Shown in pieces: positions 49,166-59,847 of a stretch of 64,000 nucleotides of DNA. The DNA is taken from positions 4,484 through 68,483 of the forward strand of contig JAOTWP010000005.1 of assembly GCA_029862975.1 (NCBI GenBank), written 5' to 3'. A program made the position numbers and the translations under genes. Below the pieces are notes generated by a model. The model was not told where the DNA came from, ran no database searches, and saw only the letters and a program-made list of their open reading frames with translations. Within the stretch, counting starts at the first letter, position 1. The number at the start of each line of letters is the position of its first letter. The DNA is from Acidobacteriota bacterium. Lineage in GTDB: Bacteria; Acidobacteriota; Thermoanaerobaculia; Multivoradales; JAHEKO01.

Positions 49166-49759
49166 TCAGGTGCGGGACAGCCGCTTCAGGGCCTGGCGCA
49201 AGCGGTCGTGGAAGGCCGCCTCGGGGCTCGCTTCGCGGGTCTCGGCTACGGCGCGGCGGGCTGCGTTCTCGCGGTAGCCGAGGTGGACGAGGGCGGCGAC
49301 GAGGTCTTCGTCGTCGGTGGCGGTGGGCGGGCGGTCGGGGAGCTCGGCGGCGAGGGCCTGGACGCGGTCGCGCAGCTCGAGGACCATGCGCTCGGCCGTC
49401 TTCTTGCCGATTCCGGGGATCGCGGAGAGGCGCGCGATGTCGCCGCGCGAGAGGGCGGCCACGAGCTCGTCCGGGGCCATGCCCGAGAGGATGACGCGGG
49501 CGAGCTTGGGGCCGATGCCGCTGACCGCGATGAGCTTTTCGAAGAGCTCCTTCTCGCGCCGCGTCCAGAAGCCGTAGAGCTCGATGGCGTCCTCGCGAAC
49601 GTTGGTGTGCACCCAGAGCTCGATCTCGTCCTCGGCGGAGCGCTCGATCTCGAAGAAGGTCGACATCGGCACCTGCAGGCGGTAGCCGACGCCGCCGACG
49701 TCGAGGACGAGCGCCGTAGGGGTCGAGCGCAGCAGGCGGCCCCTCAAGTAGCCGATCAT
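49166..49759 (-). CDS. ruvA: Holliday junction DNA helicase RuvA
   Basis: MIGYLRGRL...GVGYRLQVP, HhH motifs ([25 protein letters not shown]) and a C-terminal domain III. Confidence 0.93.
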   Translation of the reverse strand: MIGYLRGRLLRSTPTALVLDVGGVGYRLQVPMSTFFEIERSAEDEIELWVHTNVREDAIELYGFWTRREKELFEKLIAVSGIGPKLARVILSGMAPDELVAALSRGDIARLSAIPGIGKKTAERMVLELRDRVQALAAELPDRPPTATDDEDLVAALVHLGYRENAARRAVAETREASPEAAFHDRLRQALKRLSRT

Positions 49760-49778
49760 GGCGGCGCGGCCGCGCGCC

Positions 49779-51728
49779 CTAGGAGACGCTTTCCGGGGTC
49801 TGCCCGAAGGTCTCGAAGACTCGCGGGTCGTAGGTGACGCCGAGCTCCTCGCGGCGCCGGGCGAGCAGCGAGCGCAGCAGCTCGGCGAAGCGCTCGCTCT
49901 CCAGCCGCTCGCGGACGGAGTCCTCCTGCTCGAGGTACGCGGCGCGGTCGAAGCGCGTGCGGGCCGTCACCTCGAACATGACGACCTCGTCGTCGTGGGT
50001 CAAAGGCTCGCTGATCGCGCCCTCGTCGAGGGTCAGGGCCAGCCGCGCCACGTCCGCCGCCCGGCCGAGGGTGCCGACGCTGCCGCCGGCGCCGAACGGG
50101 CCGGCGTCCTCGGGCGTCGCGCCGAGCTCGTCGGCGACCTCGGCGAAGGTCTTCCCGGCGCCGAGGGTCGCGTGGGCCGCGGCCATGCGCTCGCGGGCGA
50201 TCTCGAGCTGGCGGGCGGCGCGATACGCGGCCGTGACCTCGGCGCGCACCTCGTCGAGCTCGGGCAGGCGCGGCGGCTGGATCTCGCGCAGCGCCAGGAC
50301 GGCCCAGCCGCGCGCGACCTGGAGCGCCTCGGATACTGCGCCCGGCTCGAGCTCGAAGGCGCGGGAGGTGAACTCGGTGGCGCGCCCGATGCCCGGGACG
50401 TTGTCGTCGCGGCCGAAGGCCTCGGTCGTCGTCCTCGTGACCGCGCTCTCGCCGTCCGCCAGGGCCGCGAGCGCGGCGCCGTCGGGGCTCGAGCCGCGCA
50501 GCCGGTCGGCGAGCTCGGCGGCCTTGGCGGCGGCGTCCGCCGCCGTCCGCCGGCTGGTCAGGAGGGCGCGGATCCCGTCCTCCACCTCGGCCAGCGGCTG
50601 CAGGCCGCCGGGACGCCGCGCCTGGACCTGGATCAGGTGGACGCCGAAGCTCGACTCGACGGGGCCGACGAGGTCGCCGAGCTCGGCACCGAAGGCGGCG
50701 TCCTCGAAGGGCTTGACCATCGCCCCGCGGGCGAAGAACCCGAGATCGCCGCCCCGGGCCTTGCTGCCAGGGTCGTCGGACAGCTCTGCCGCCAGGGCCG
50801 CGAAGTCCTCGCCCGCTTCGACGCGCGCCTTGACGGCCTCGAGCTCGGCGCTCGCCTGCGCCACGGTGCGCTCGGGCCCCGTGCGCAGGAGAATGTGGCG
50901 GGCCTTGACCTGCTCCTCGCTCGTGTAGTCGGCCGCGTGCTCCTCGTAGTAGGCGCGAACCTCGTCGGCGGTCAGCGCGACGGCGTCACGGAAGGCGTCG
51001 GGATCGACCAGCAGATAGTCGACGACCCGGCGCTCGGGCAGCTTGAAGCTCTCCCGCTTCTCGGCGAAGAACGCCTCGAGAGCGTCCTCGTCGACCGCGA
51101 CCTCGGCGGCGAAGCGGCTCGCCGGCAGCTTCAGGAGGCGGACGGTCGCCGTCTCGGCCTCTTCCCGGTAGGCGGCCTCGACCTCTTGCGGCGCGACGAA
51201 CGCCGTCAGGACGAGGGAGCTCTGGAGCTTCTCGGTCAGCAGCGCCTCGCGCTGCGAGGCCTCGAAGTCGGCGGGCGTGAGCCCGTTGCGGCGCAGCAGC
51301 TCGGTGTAGGCCGCCTGGCCCATGAAGGCGCCGTCCTTCTGCAGCTCCGGCATGGCGACGATGTTGCGCTGCAGCTCCTCGTCGGTCACCGCGAGGCCCA
51401 TGCGGTCGGCTTCCGAGAGGAGGATCCGCTGATCGATCAGGCCGTTGAGCACCTGGAGAGGCAGGCCGATCTGGTTGGCCAGCTCGCGGGAGAACTGATC
51501 CCCGTAGGCCTGCCGGTACTGGTCCTCGACGCGGCGGTAGCGGCCTTCGAAGTCCCGGTAGGAGACCTCCATGCCGCCGACGGTGGCGGCGACCGCACTG
51601 CCCCCGCGCGCGCCGCTGAGCATGTTGACGTCGCCGAAGTCGAAGAAGGCGAAGAGCACGAACACGGCGATGACCAACCAGAGAACCCAGCTGAGGTACT
51701 TCAGGTTGTCGCGGAACACTTTGAGCAT
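49779..51728 (-). CDS. ppiD: periplasmic chaperone/peptidyl-prolyl isomerase PpiD-like (TM anchor + SurA-N + parvulin)
   Basis: Start [29 protein letters not shown] forms the anchor. Parvulin domain KARHILL...[21 protein letters not shown]...[10 protein letters not shown]. Confidence 0.8.
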   Translation of the reverse strand: MLKVFRDNLKYLSWVLWLVIAVFVLFAFFDFGDVNMLSGARGGSAVAATVGGMEVSYRDFEGRYRRVEDQYRQAYGDQFSRELANQIGLPLQVLNGLIDQRILLSEADRMGLAVTDEELQRNIVAMPELQKDGAFMGQAAYTELLRRNGLTPADFEASQREALLTEKLQSSLVLTAFVAPQEVEAAYREEAETATVRLLKLPASRFAAEVAVDEDALEAFFAEKRESFKLPERRVVDYLLVDPDAFRDAVALTADEVRAYYEEHAADYTSEEQVKARHILLRTGPERTVAQASAELEAVKARVEAGEDFAALAAELSDDPGSKARGGDLGFFARGAMVKPFEDAAFGAELGDLVGPVESSFGVHLIQVQARRPGGLQPLAEVEDGIRALLTSRRTAADAAAKAAELADRLRGSSPDGAALAALADGESAVTRTTTEAFGRDDNVPGIGRATEFTSRAFELEPGAVSEALQVARGWAVLALREIQPPRLPELDEVRAEVTAAYRAARQLEIARERMAAAHATLGAGKTFAEVADELGATPEDAGPFGAGGSVGTLGRAADVARLALTLDEGAISEPLTHDDEVVMFEVTARTRFDRAAYLEQEDSVRERLESERFAELLRSLLARRREELGVTYDPRVFETFGQTPESVS

Positions 51729-51763
51729 GGCGGGCTCCCGGGGACTCGTGGCGGCGGGCGCCG

Positions 51764-51772
51764 ACTCTAGCA
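51764..51772 (-). promoter_or_regulatory. candidate extended -10 promoter (TGcTAGAGT) of the ppiD-ruvAB operon
   Basis: The minus strand reads CCCTGCTAGAGT, 35 nt upstream of ATG 51728. A GGGAG Shine-Dalgarno lies in between. Confidence 0.45.
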
Positions 51773-51824
51773 GGGCTCGCCGCGCGGCGGCAAGCAGTGC
51801 AACTGCCGATGAAACAAGGCCTTG

Positions 51825-51833
51825 TGCTATATT
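51825..51833 (+). promoter_or_regulatory. candidate extended -10 promoter (TGcTATATT) of the FecR-like/mre operon
   Basis: TGCTATATT is a near-consensus TGnTATAAT, 21 nt upstream of the TTG 51855 start. Confidence 0.45.
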
Positions 51834-51854
51834 GCCGACCCTTGAGAAAAGGGG

Positions 51855-54138
<2,284 letters not shown>

Positions 54139-54156
54139 GCGGGTGACCTCACCGCC

Positions 54157-55008
54157 GTGACCGAGAAACGGACCCGCCTCGTCGTCGTCGTCGTGGTGCT
54201 CGGGCAGCTGCTGCTCCTCGGGGCGCAGGTGCCGGCGGCCGACGGCGGCCAGACGCTTCTCGCCGGCGCCTGGATGCGCGGCATCGCCCCCCTGGCCGCT
54301 CTGGTCGACGGGGCGGCGGACGCGGTCTCGGGCCTCGCGGTCTACTGGACCACCCGGCGCCGGCTGCTGAGCGAGAACGACCGTCTGCGGCGCGAGAACG
54401 AGCGTCTGCGCCAGCTGGCGGTGCGCAACCTCGGCGTCACGGCGGACCTCGAGCGCCTCGCGGCCGCCGTCGACTACGGCCGGGCGAGCGGCAGGACGGT
54501 GCGTCTGGCCGACGTGGTCTACAGCGATCGCGTCTCGTGGCCGCGCACGATGCTGGTTCGGTTGGGCGCGGCCGGCGTCGGCCACAACGACCCGGTGATC
54601 ACCGACGCCGGCCTGGTGGGCCGCGTGGTCGGGGTCAGCGGGCGCTACGCCCGGGTCCAGCTCATCATCGACCGGTCGGCGAGCGTCGGCGTGATGGTCG
54701 AGCGCACCCGCCGGCAGGGGGTCGTGCGCGGCAGCTCGGGCGGGCTCGCCCTGCAGTTCATCCCCTTGCAGGCCGACCTCGTGGTGGGCGATCGGGTCGT
54801 GACCGCCGGGATCGACGGCGTCTACCCGCGCGGCATCGCCGTCGGCACGGTCACCCGCGCCGAGGCCGGCAACGAGCTCTTCTACGAGGTGGAGCTCGCG
54901 CCGGCCGTCGACTTCGCCACCGTGGATCACGTCTACATCCTGGAGCCCGAGGAGCTGCCGGAAGCGCTGCGCGATCCGGCGGCGCCCACCCCGGACGCGG
55001 TGCGATGA
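54157..55008 (+). CDS. mreC: rod shape-determining protein MreC
   Basis: N-terminal TM segment, a coiled coil (RLLSENDRLRRENERLRQL) and a beta-barrel region (VITDAGLVGRV...GDRVVTAGIDGVYPRGIAVG). Confidence 0.9.
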   Translation: MTEKRTRLVVVVVVLGQLLLLGAQVPAADGGQTLLAGAWMRGIAPLAALVDGAADAVSGLAVYWTTRRRLLSENDRLRRENERLRQLAVRNLGVTADLERLAAAVDYGRASGRTVRLADVVYSDRVSWPRTMLVRLGAAGVGHNDPVITDAGLVGRVVGVSGRYARVQLIIDRSASVGVMVERTRRQGVVRGSSGGLALQFIPLQADLVVGDRVVTAGIDGVYPRGIAVGTVTRAEAGNELFYEVELAPAVDFATVDHVYILEPEELPEALRDPAAPTPDAVR

Positions 55009-55526
55009 AGCGCCTGCTCGAGTTCGCGGGGGCGCTGCTGGTGGCGGTCACGCTGCACTTGATCGGCACCCGTCTCGTCAGCGAGTGGCCGCTCATCCTC
55101 GACCTCATGCTGATCGTCGTCCTCTTCGCCGCCCTCGACGGCAACACCCTGAGCGGCCTCGCCGCCGGCCTGGCGGCCGGCTGGGCGACGGACGCGGTGG
55201 CGGGAACGCCCTTCGGCCTCTTCGGGGCGATTGATACGATGATCGGCTACGGTGCGGCCCTGGCCGCCCAGCGCGTCGTCATCGAGCGCGCGGCCGGGGC
55301 GGCGCTCTTCTTCGCCGCCGCCGCCCTCGTTCAGCAAGGTCTCTTCCTGGGATTGAGCCTCGTGCTTCTCGCCGCCCCCGAGACCTCTGCCTACCGCTGG
55401 CTGGCGGTCAAGGTCGCGGCGACGGGCGTCCTCGGCGCGATCCTGTTCCACCTCCGGCAGCGCCTGGCCAACAGGCTCGACCTGTGGCGCCACACGCGGC
55501 GCACGAAGATCCGGCTCGACAGATGA
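55005..55526 (+). CDS. mreD: rod shape-determining protein MreD
   Basis: 173-aa polytopic membrane protein in the canonical position. ATGA overlaps on both sides. Confidence 0.8.
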   Translation: MKRLLEFAGALLVAVTLHLIGTRLVSEWPLILDLMLIVVLFAALDGNTLSGLAAGLAAGWATDAVAGTPFGLFGAIDTMIGYGAALAAQRVVIERAAGAALFFAAAALVQQGLFLGLSLVLLAAPETSAYRWLAVKVAATGVLGAILFHLRQRLANRLDLWRHTRRTKIRLDR

Positions 55527-57304
55527 AGCGCGTTCGCGAAGAGAGAGAGAACCTGGTCTCGCGCATCCCGCGGCTGCAGGTGTTCTTTGCCGCGCTCATG
55601 ATCATCATCGCGACCGGCTACTGGCGGGTCCAGGTCGTCGGCGGGGACTTCTACCGCGGGCTGGCCGAGAACAACCGGCTGCGGCGGGTTCCGATCAAGG
55701 CGCCGCGCGGGCTCATCTACGACCGGGACGATCGCCTGCTCGTCGACAACGTCCCCAGCTACAACCTGCTGCTCGACGGCAGCCGCAGCGCGAACGTCGA
55801 GCGGGCGCTCGCGTTCGCGGCGGCCGTCCTGGAGCGGGAGCCGTCCGAGCTGCGCTCCGCCGTCGAGCGGCACAGCGGGCGGTCTCGGTTCGAGCCCGTC
55901 CTGCTGGCCGAGAACCTCACCCTGGCGGACGTGTCGCAAGTCTCCGTGGCGCAGCTCGAGTACCCGGAGTTCGAGATCGACGTCGAGCACCTGCGGCTCT
56001 ACCGGCACGGGCCGCTGACGGCCCACGCCCTCGGCTACCTGGGCGAGGCCACGGAAGAGGACCTCGCGCGCCGTCCCGGCGCCTATCAACCCGGGGATCT
56101 CGTGGGGCGCAAGGGAATGGAGCGGGTCTTCGACCTGCACCTGCGGGGCAGGGACGGCGAGCGCGAGCTGATCGTGGACTCGCGCGGCCGCACCCGCGAA
56201 GAGCACGGCCGCGAAGCCGCCGTGGCGGGCAAGAACCTGCACCTGACCCTCGACCTCGAGCTGCAGCAGGAAGCGGCGCGCTACCTGGGGGAGCGCGCCG
56301 GTGCGGCCGTCGCCCTCGACCCGCGCAGCGGTGAAGTGCTGATGCTCGTCTCGGCGCCCTCCTACAACCCCAACCTCTTCACGCGGCGACTCGACGACGA
56401 GCAGTGGCGGGAGCTGATCGATTCCCCCTACCACCCGCTGCAGAATCGCACGATCCAGAACGCCCACCCCCCGGGCTCGGTCTTCAAGATGGTCCTCGCC
56501 GTGGCCGGCCTGAGCGAGGGAACGGTGAGCCCCACGGACTCGGTGTTCTGCTCCGGATCGACGACCATCTACAACCGGCGCAACCGCTGCTGGCTGCGGC
56601 GCGGCCACGGCTGGGTCAACCTGCGCAAGGCCATCAAGGAGTCGTGCGACGTCTACTTCTACCACCTGGGACAGAAGCTCGGAATCAACCGGATCGCCCA
56701 CTACGCGCGCCTGTTCGGGCTCGGCGGCCCGACCGGCTTCGACATCCCCGGGGAGAAGGCCGGGCTGATTCCGGACACCGAGTGGAGCCTCGCCAGGCGT
56801 GGCTCGCCCTGGTATCCCGGCGAGACGATCTCGGTGGCGATCGGCCAGGGCCCGATCCTCGTGACGCCCCTCCAGCTGGCCGGCATGACGGCGGCGCTGG
56901 CCAACGGCGGACGCCTCGTGCGGCCGCACCTGGCGCGCGGCGGCAGGTCGGCGCCGAGCGCCCCCATCGCCGTCGATCCGGACGCGATCGCGCTGGTGCG
57001 CGAGGCCATGTGGGCGGTGGTCAACGAAGAGCACGGCACGGGGTCCTCCGTGCGCCTGCCCTACGTGCAGATCGCCGGCAAGACCGGCACGGCCCAGGTC
57101 GTCGAGCAGCGCACCTGGACGCGCAACGAGGATCTGCCGGAGGAGCACCGCGACCACGCGTGGTTCGTGTCGTTCGCGCCGGTCGACGACCCCCGGCTGG
57201 TCGTCGTGGCGTTCGTCGAGCACGGCGGGCACGGCTCGGATGCCGCCGCACCTCTCGCCAAACGGATCTACGAGTCCTACTTCGGTGACCCTGACCCTCG
57301 CTGA
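55523..57304 (+). CDS. mrdA: penicillin-binding protein 2 (elongasome transpeptidase)
   Basis: PGSVFK (SxxK), the CSGS region (SxN) and KTGTAQ (KTG). N-terminal anchor plus a pedestal domain. Confidence 0.93.
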   Translation: MKRVREERENLVSRIPRLQVFFAALMIIIATGYWRVQVVGGDFYRGLAENNRLRRVPIKAPRGLIYDRDDRLLVDNVPSYNLLLDGSRSANVERALAFAAAVLEREPSELRSAVERHSGRSRFEPVLLAENLTLADVSQVSVAQLEYPEFEIDVEHLRLYRHGPLTAHALGYLGEATEEDLARRPGAYQPGDLVGRKGMERVFDLHLRGRDGERELIVDSRGRTREEHGREAAVAGKNLHLTLDLELQQEAARYLGERAGAAVALDPRSGEVLMLVSAPSYNPNLFTRRLDDEQWRELIDSPYHPLQNRTIQNAHPPGSVFKMVLAVAGLSEGTVSPTDSVFCSGSTTIYNRRNRCWLRRGHGWVNLRKAIKESCDVYFYHLGQKLGINRIAHYARLFGLGGPTGFDIPGEKAGLIPDTEWSLARRGSPWYPGETISVAIGQGPILVTPLQLAGMTAALANGGRLVRPHLARGGRSAPSAPIAVDPDAIALVREAMWAVVNEEHGTGSSVRLPYVQIAGKTGTAQVVEQRTWTRNEDLPEEHRDHAWFVSFAPVDDPRLVVVAFVEHGGHGSDAAAPLAKRIYESYFGDPDPR

Positions 57305-58400
57305 CGACCGCCCCCTGCTGCGCCACCTGGCCGACGTACGCTGGGTCCTGCTGGCGCTGGCGCTGCTGCTGGCGGCGATCGGCCTGGCCACCGTCCACAG
57401 CGCGAGCTCGGAGCTCGCGGTGGATTACCTGCCACGCCAGGCGGTGTGGGTGGCGCTCGGCCTGCTGGCCCTGTTCGCGGCGCTCGGCGTCGACTACCAG
57501 AGCCTGACCAAGTTCTCGCTGCCGCTCTACGTCGGCGGTCTCCTCGCCCTCGCCGCGGTGCTGTTTCTGGGGACCGAGCGCGGCGGCGCGAGGAGCTGGT
57601 TCGGCATCGGCAGCTTCGGGCTGCAGCCTTCCGAGTTCGCGAAGCTGACGACGGCGCTGCTGCTCGCCCGCTACCTGGCGGCGACCAACCGGCGCTACCT
57701 CCGGCTGCACGAGATCGCCGGCGCCTGCGGCCTGGTCGCCGTACCGATGGCCCTGATCGTCCTCCAGAAAGATCTCGGCAGCGCCGCGATGTTCCTCCCC
57801 ATGCTGGCCGGAATGCTGTTCGTGGCCGGCGTCCGCTGGCAGGTGATCGTGGCGGCCGCCCTGCTGGCGCTGGTCGCCGGCGGGGTCCTGTGGAACTTCG
57901 TGATGCTCGACTACCAGAAGGGCCGCGTGATGACCTTTCTGGATCCGGGCCGAGACCCGCTGGGCGCCGGCTATCAGCTGCGCCAGAGCAAGATCGCGGT
58001 CGGCTCGGGCCAGATCGTAGGGCGCGGCTACATGCAGGGCACCCAGAGCCAGCTGCGCTTCCTTCCCGCCCGCCACACCGACTTCGTCTTCGCCGTTCTG
58101 GCCGAGGAGTGGGGCTTCCTCGGCGTCGCCTCGGTTCTCGTTCTGTACGGGATCTTCATCTTCAACGGCGCCATGGTCGCGGTTCGCGCCCGCGACCGCA
58201 CGGGGATCCTGCTCGTCGTGGGACTCCTCGCCGGGTTCGCCTTCCACGTCGCCTACAACACGGCCATGGTGGTCGGCCTCGTCCCCATTACCGGGATCCC
58301 CCTGCCCTTCCTCTCCTACGGCGGCTCGTTCACCCTCGCCAGCTTCCTCGCCACGGGGATGATCCTGGGCGTGGATCTCAGGCGGTATGTCAACCGCTGA
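57285..58400 (+). CDS. rodA: SEDS glycosyltransferase RodA
   Basis: LQPSEFAKL, QSKIAVGSGQ..GRG, the LPARHTDFVFAV...EEWGF loop and PLPFLSYGGS. GTG 57285 was chosen; ATG 57240 is possible. Confidence 0.93.
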   Translation: MTLTLADDRPLLRHLADVRWVLLALALLLAAIGLATVHSASSELAVDYLPRQAVWVALGLLALFAALGVDYQSLTKFSLPLYVGGLLALAAVLFLGTERGGARSWFGIGSFGLQPSEFAKLTTALLLARYLAATNRRYLRLHEIAGACGLVAVPMALIVLQKDLGSAAMFLPMLAGMLFVAGVRWQVIVAAALLALVAGGVLWNFVMLDYQKGRVMTFLDPGRDPLGAGYQLRQSKIAVGSGQIVGRGYMQGTQSQLRFLPARHTDFVFAVLAEEWGFLGVASVLVLYGIFIFNGAMVAVRARDRTGILLVVGLLAGFAFHVAYNTAMVVGLVPITGIPLPFLSYGGSFTLASFLATGMILGVDLRRYVNR

Positions 58401-59847
58401 CCCGTCCGCCGATCCGTCTCGCCTGCGGCTTCTCCTCGAGAGCGATCCGCAGGGGCTCCGCCTCGCGCTGCTCGAGGGGGACCGGCTGGCCGAGATCCAC
58501 GTCGAGGGCCAGCAGCCGTCGCGGGTCGGGGAGATCCACCTCGGCCGGGTGCGGCGGCTCGTGCCGGCGATCGACGCCGCCTTCGTGGACATCGGACTCG
58601 AGCGCAACGCCTTCCTCCACGAGGACGACTTCGACGTCGGGGCGGCCGGCGGCGGCGGACTCGCGGCGCACCAGCCCGTGATCGTCCAGATCCTGCGCGA
58701 CCAGCTGCCGGGCAAAGGGGCGCGGGTGCGGCGCGGTGCCACCCTGCCCGGCCGCCACCTCGTTCTCGTGGCGCCGGGCGAGGGCGTGGCGCTGTCGACG
58801 CGGATCGACGACGAAGACGAGCGACAACGCCTCAAGGCCGCGGTCGAGGCGGCCGGCAGCGCCGCCGTCGGGTGGATCGTGCGCACCGCCGCCGTCGGGG
58901 TCGCGGCCGGAGAGCTCGCGGCGGAGGCGGCGCGGCTCAGCGAGCACTGGACGGCGATCGAGAATGCCGCCGCGGGCGCCGTGCCTCCGCGCCGGCTCCA
59001 CCGCGAGCTCGATTCGGTCGAGCGCTGGCTGCGCGACCGGGCGAGCGCCGCCCTGGCCGAGATCTGGGTGGACTCGAGCGATCGCGAGAGCGCGGTCGTC
59101 GCCGCCCTCGAGCACGTGGCCCCGGCCCTCGTCGACCGCGTCCGGGTCCACGACGGCGGCACCTCGCTGTTCGAGAGCTTCGGCGTGGAGCGGCAGCTCG
59201 AGAACCTGTGGAACCGGCGGATCGCCCTGCCGTCCGGGGGCTCGCTCGTGATCGAGCCGACGGAGGCCCTCGTGGCCATCGACGTCAACTCGGGCCGCGA
59301 CCTGGGCGCCGCCAACCTCGAAGCCACGGCGTTGGCGACCAACGAGGAGGCTGCGGTGGAGGTCGCCCGGCAGCTCCGGCTCCGGGACCTCGCCGGGATC
59401 ATCGTCGTCGACTTCATCGACATGGAGTCCGAGGAGTCCTGGCGCCGGGTCCGGCAGGCCCTCGACGAGGAGCTCGCTCGCGACCGCGCCGCGAGCGTGG
59501 TCGAGGGACCGGTCGCCTTCGGTCTCGTGGCCATCACGCGCAAGCGGGAGCGCCAGGACGTCGTCCGCCGGCTCTCGGTCGAGTGCGCGGTGTGCCGCGG
59601 CGCGGGGCGCCACCGATCGCCCGCGGAGGTGATCCGGGCGGCGCGGCGCGCGCTGCTGGCCGCCGAAGCGCAGCGGCCGGGAAGGCGTTGGCGCCTGCGG
59701 CTCCATCCCGAGGTCAAGGCGGAGCTCGCCGGCAGCGCGGAGCCGCTCGGCCGCGAGCTGGCCGCCCGGCTCGGCGAGCGGCTCGACGTGCTGGACGACG
59801 CCGGGGTCTCGCCGGCGGTCTTCGCGCTCGACGAGGCGCCGCGGTGA
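58387..59847 (+). CDS. rng: RNase E/G family ribonuclease (RNase G-like)
   Basis: S1 domain (GEIHLGRVRRLVPAIDAAFVDIGLERNAFL), the catalytic region ALVAIDVNSG...GIIVVDFIDM and the zinc-link CAVCRGAG. Confidence 0.9.
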   Translation: MSTADPSADPSRLRLLLESDPQGLRLALLEGDRLAEIHVEGQQPSRVGEIHLGRVRRLVPAIDAAFVDIGLERNAFLHEDDFDVGAAGGGGLAAHQPVIVQILRDQLPGKGARVRRGATLPGRHLVLVAPGEGVALSTRIDDEDERQRLKAAVEAAGSAAVGWIVRTAAVGVAAGELAAEAARLSEHWTAIENAAAGAVPPRRLHRELDSVERWLRDRASAALAEIWVDSSDRESAVVAALEHVAPALVDRVRVHDGGTSLFESFGVERQLENLWNRRIALPSGGSLVIEPTEALVAIDVNSGRDLGAANLEATALATNEEAAVEVARQLRLRDLAGIIVVDFIDMESEESWRRVRQALDEELARDRAASVVEGPVAFGLVAITRKRERQDVVRRLSVECAVCRGAGRHRSPAEVIRAARRALLAAEAQRPGRRWRLRLHPEVKAELAGSAEPLGRELAARLGERLDVLDDAGVSPAVFALDEAPR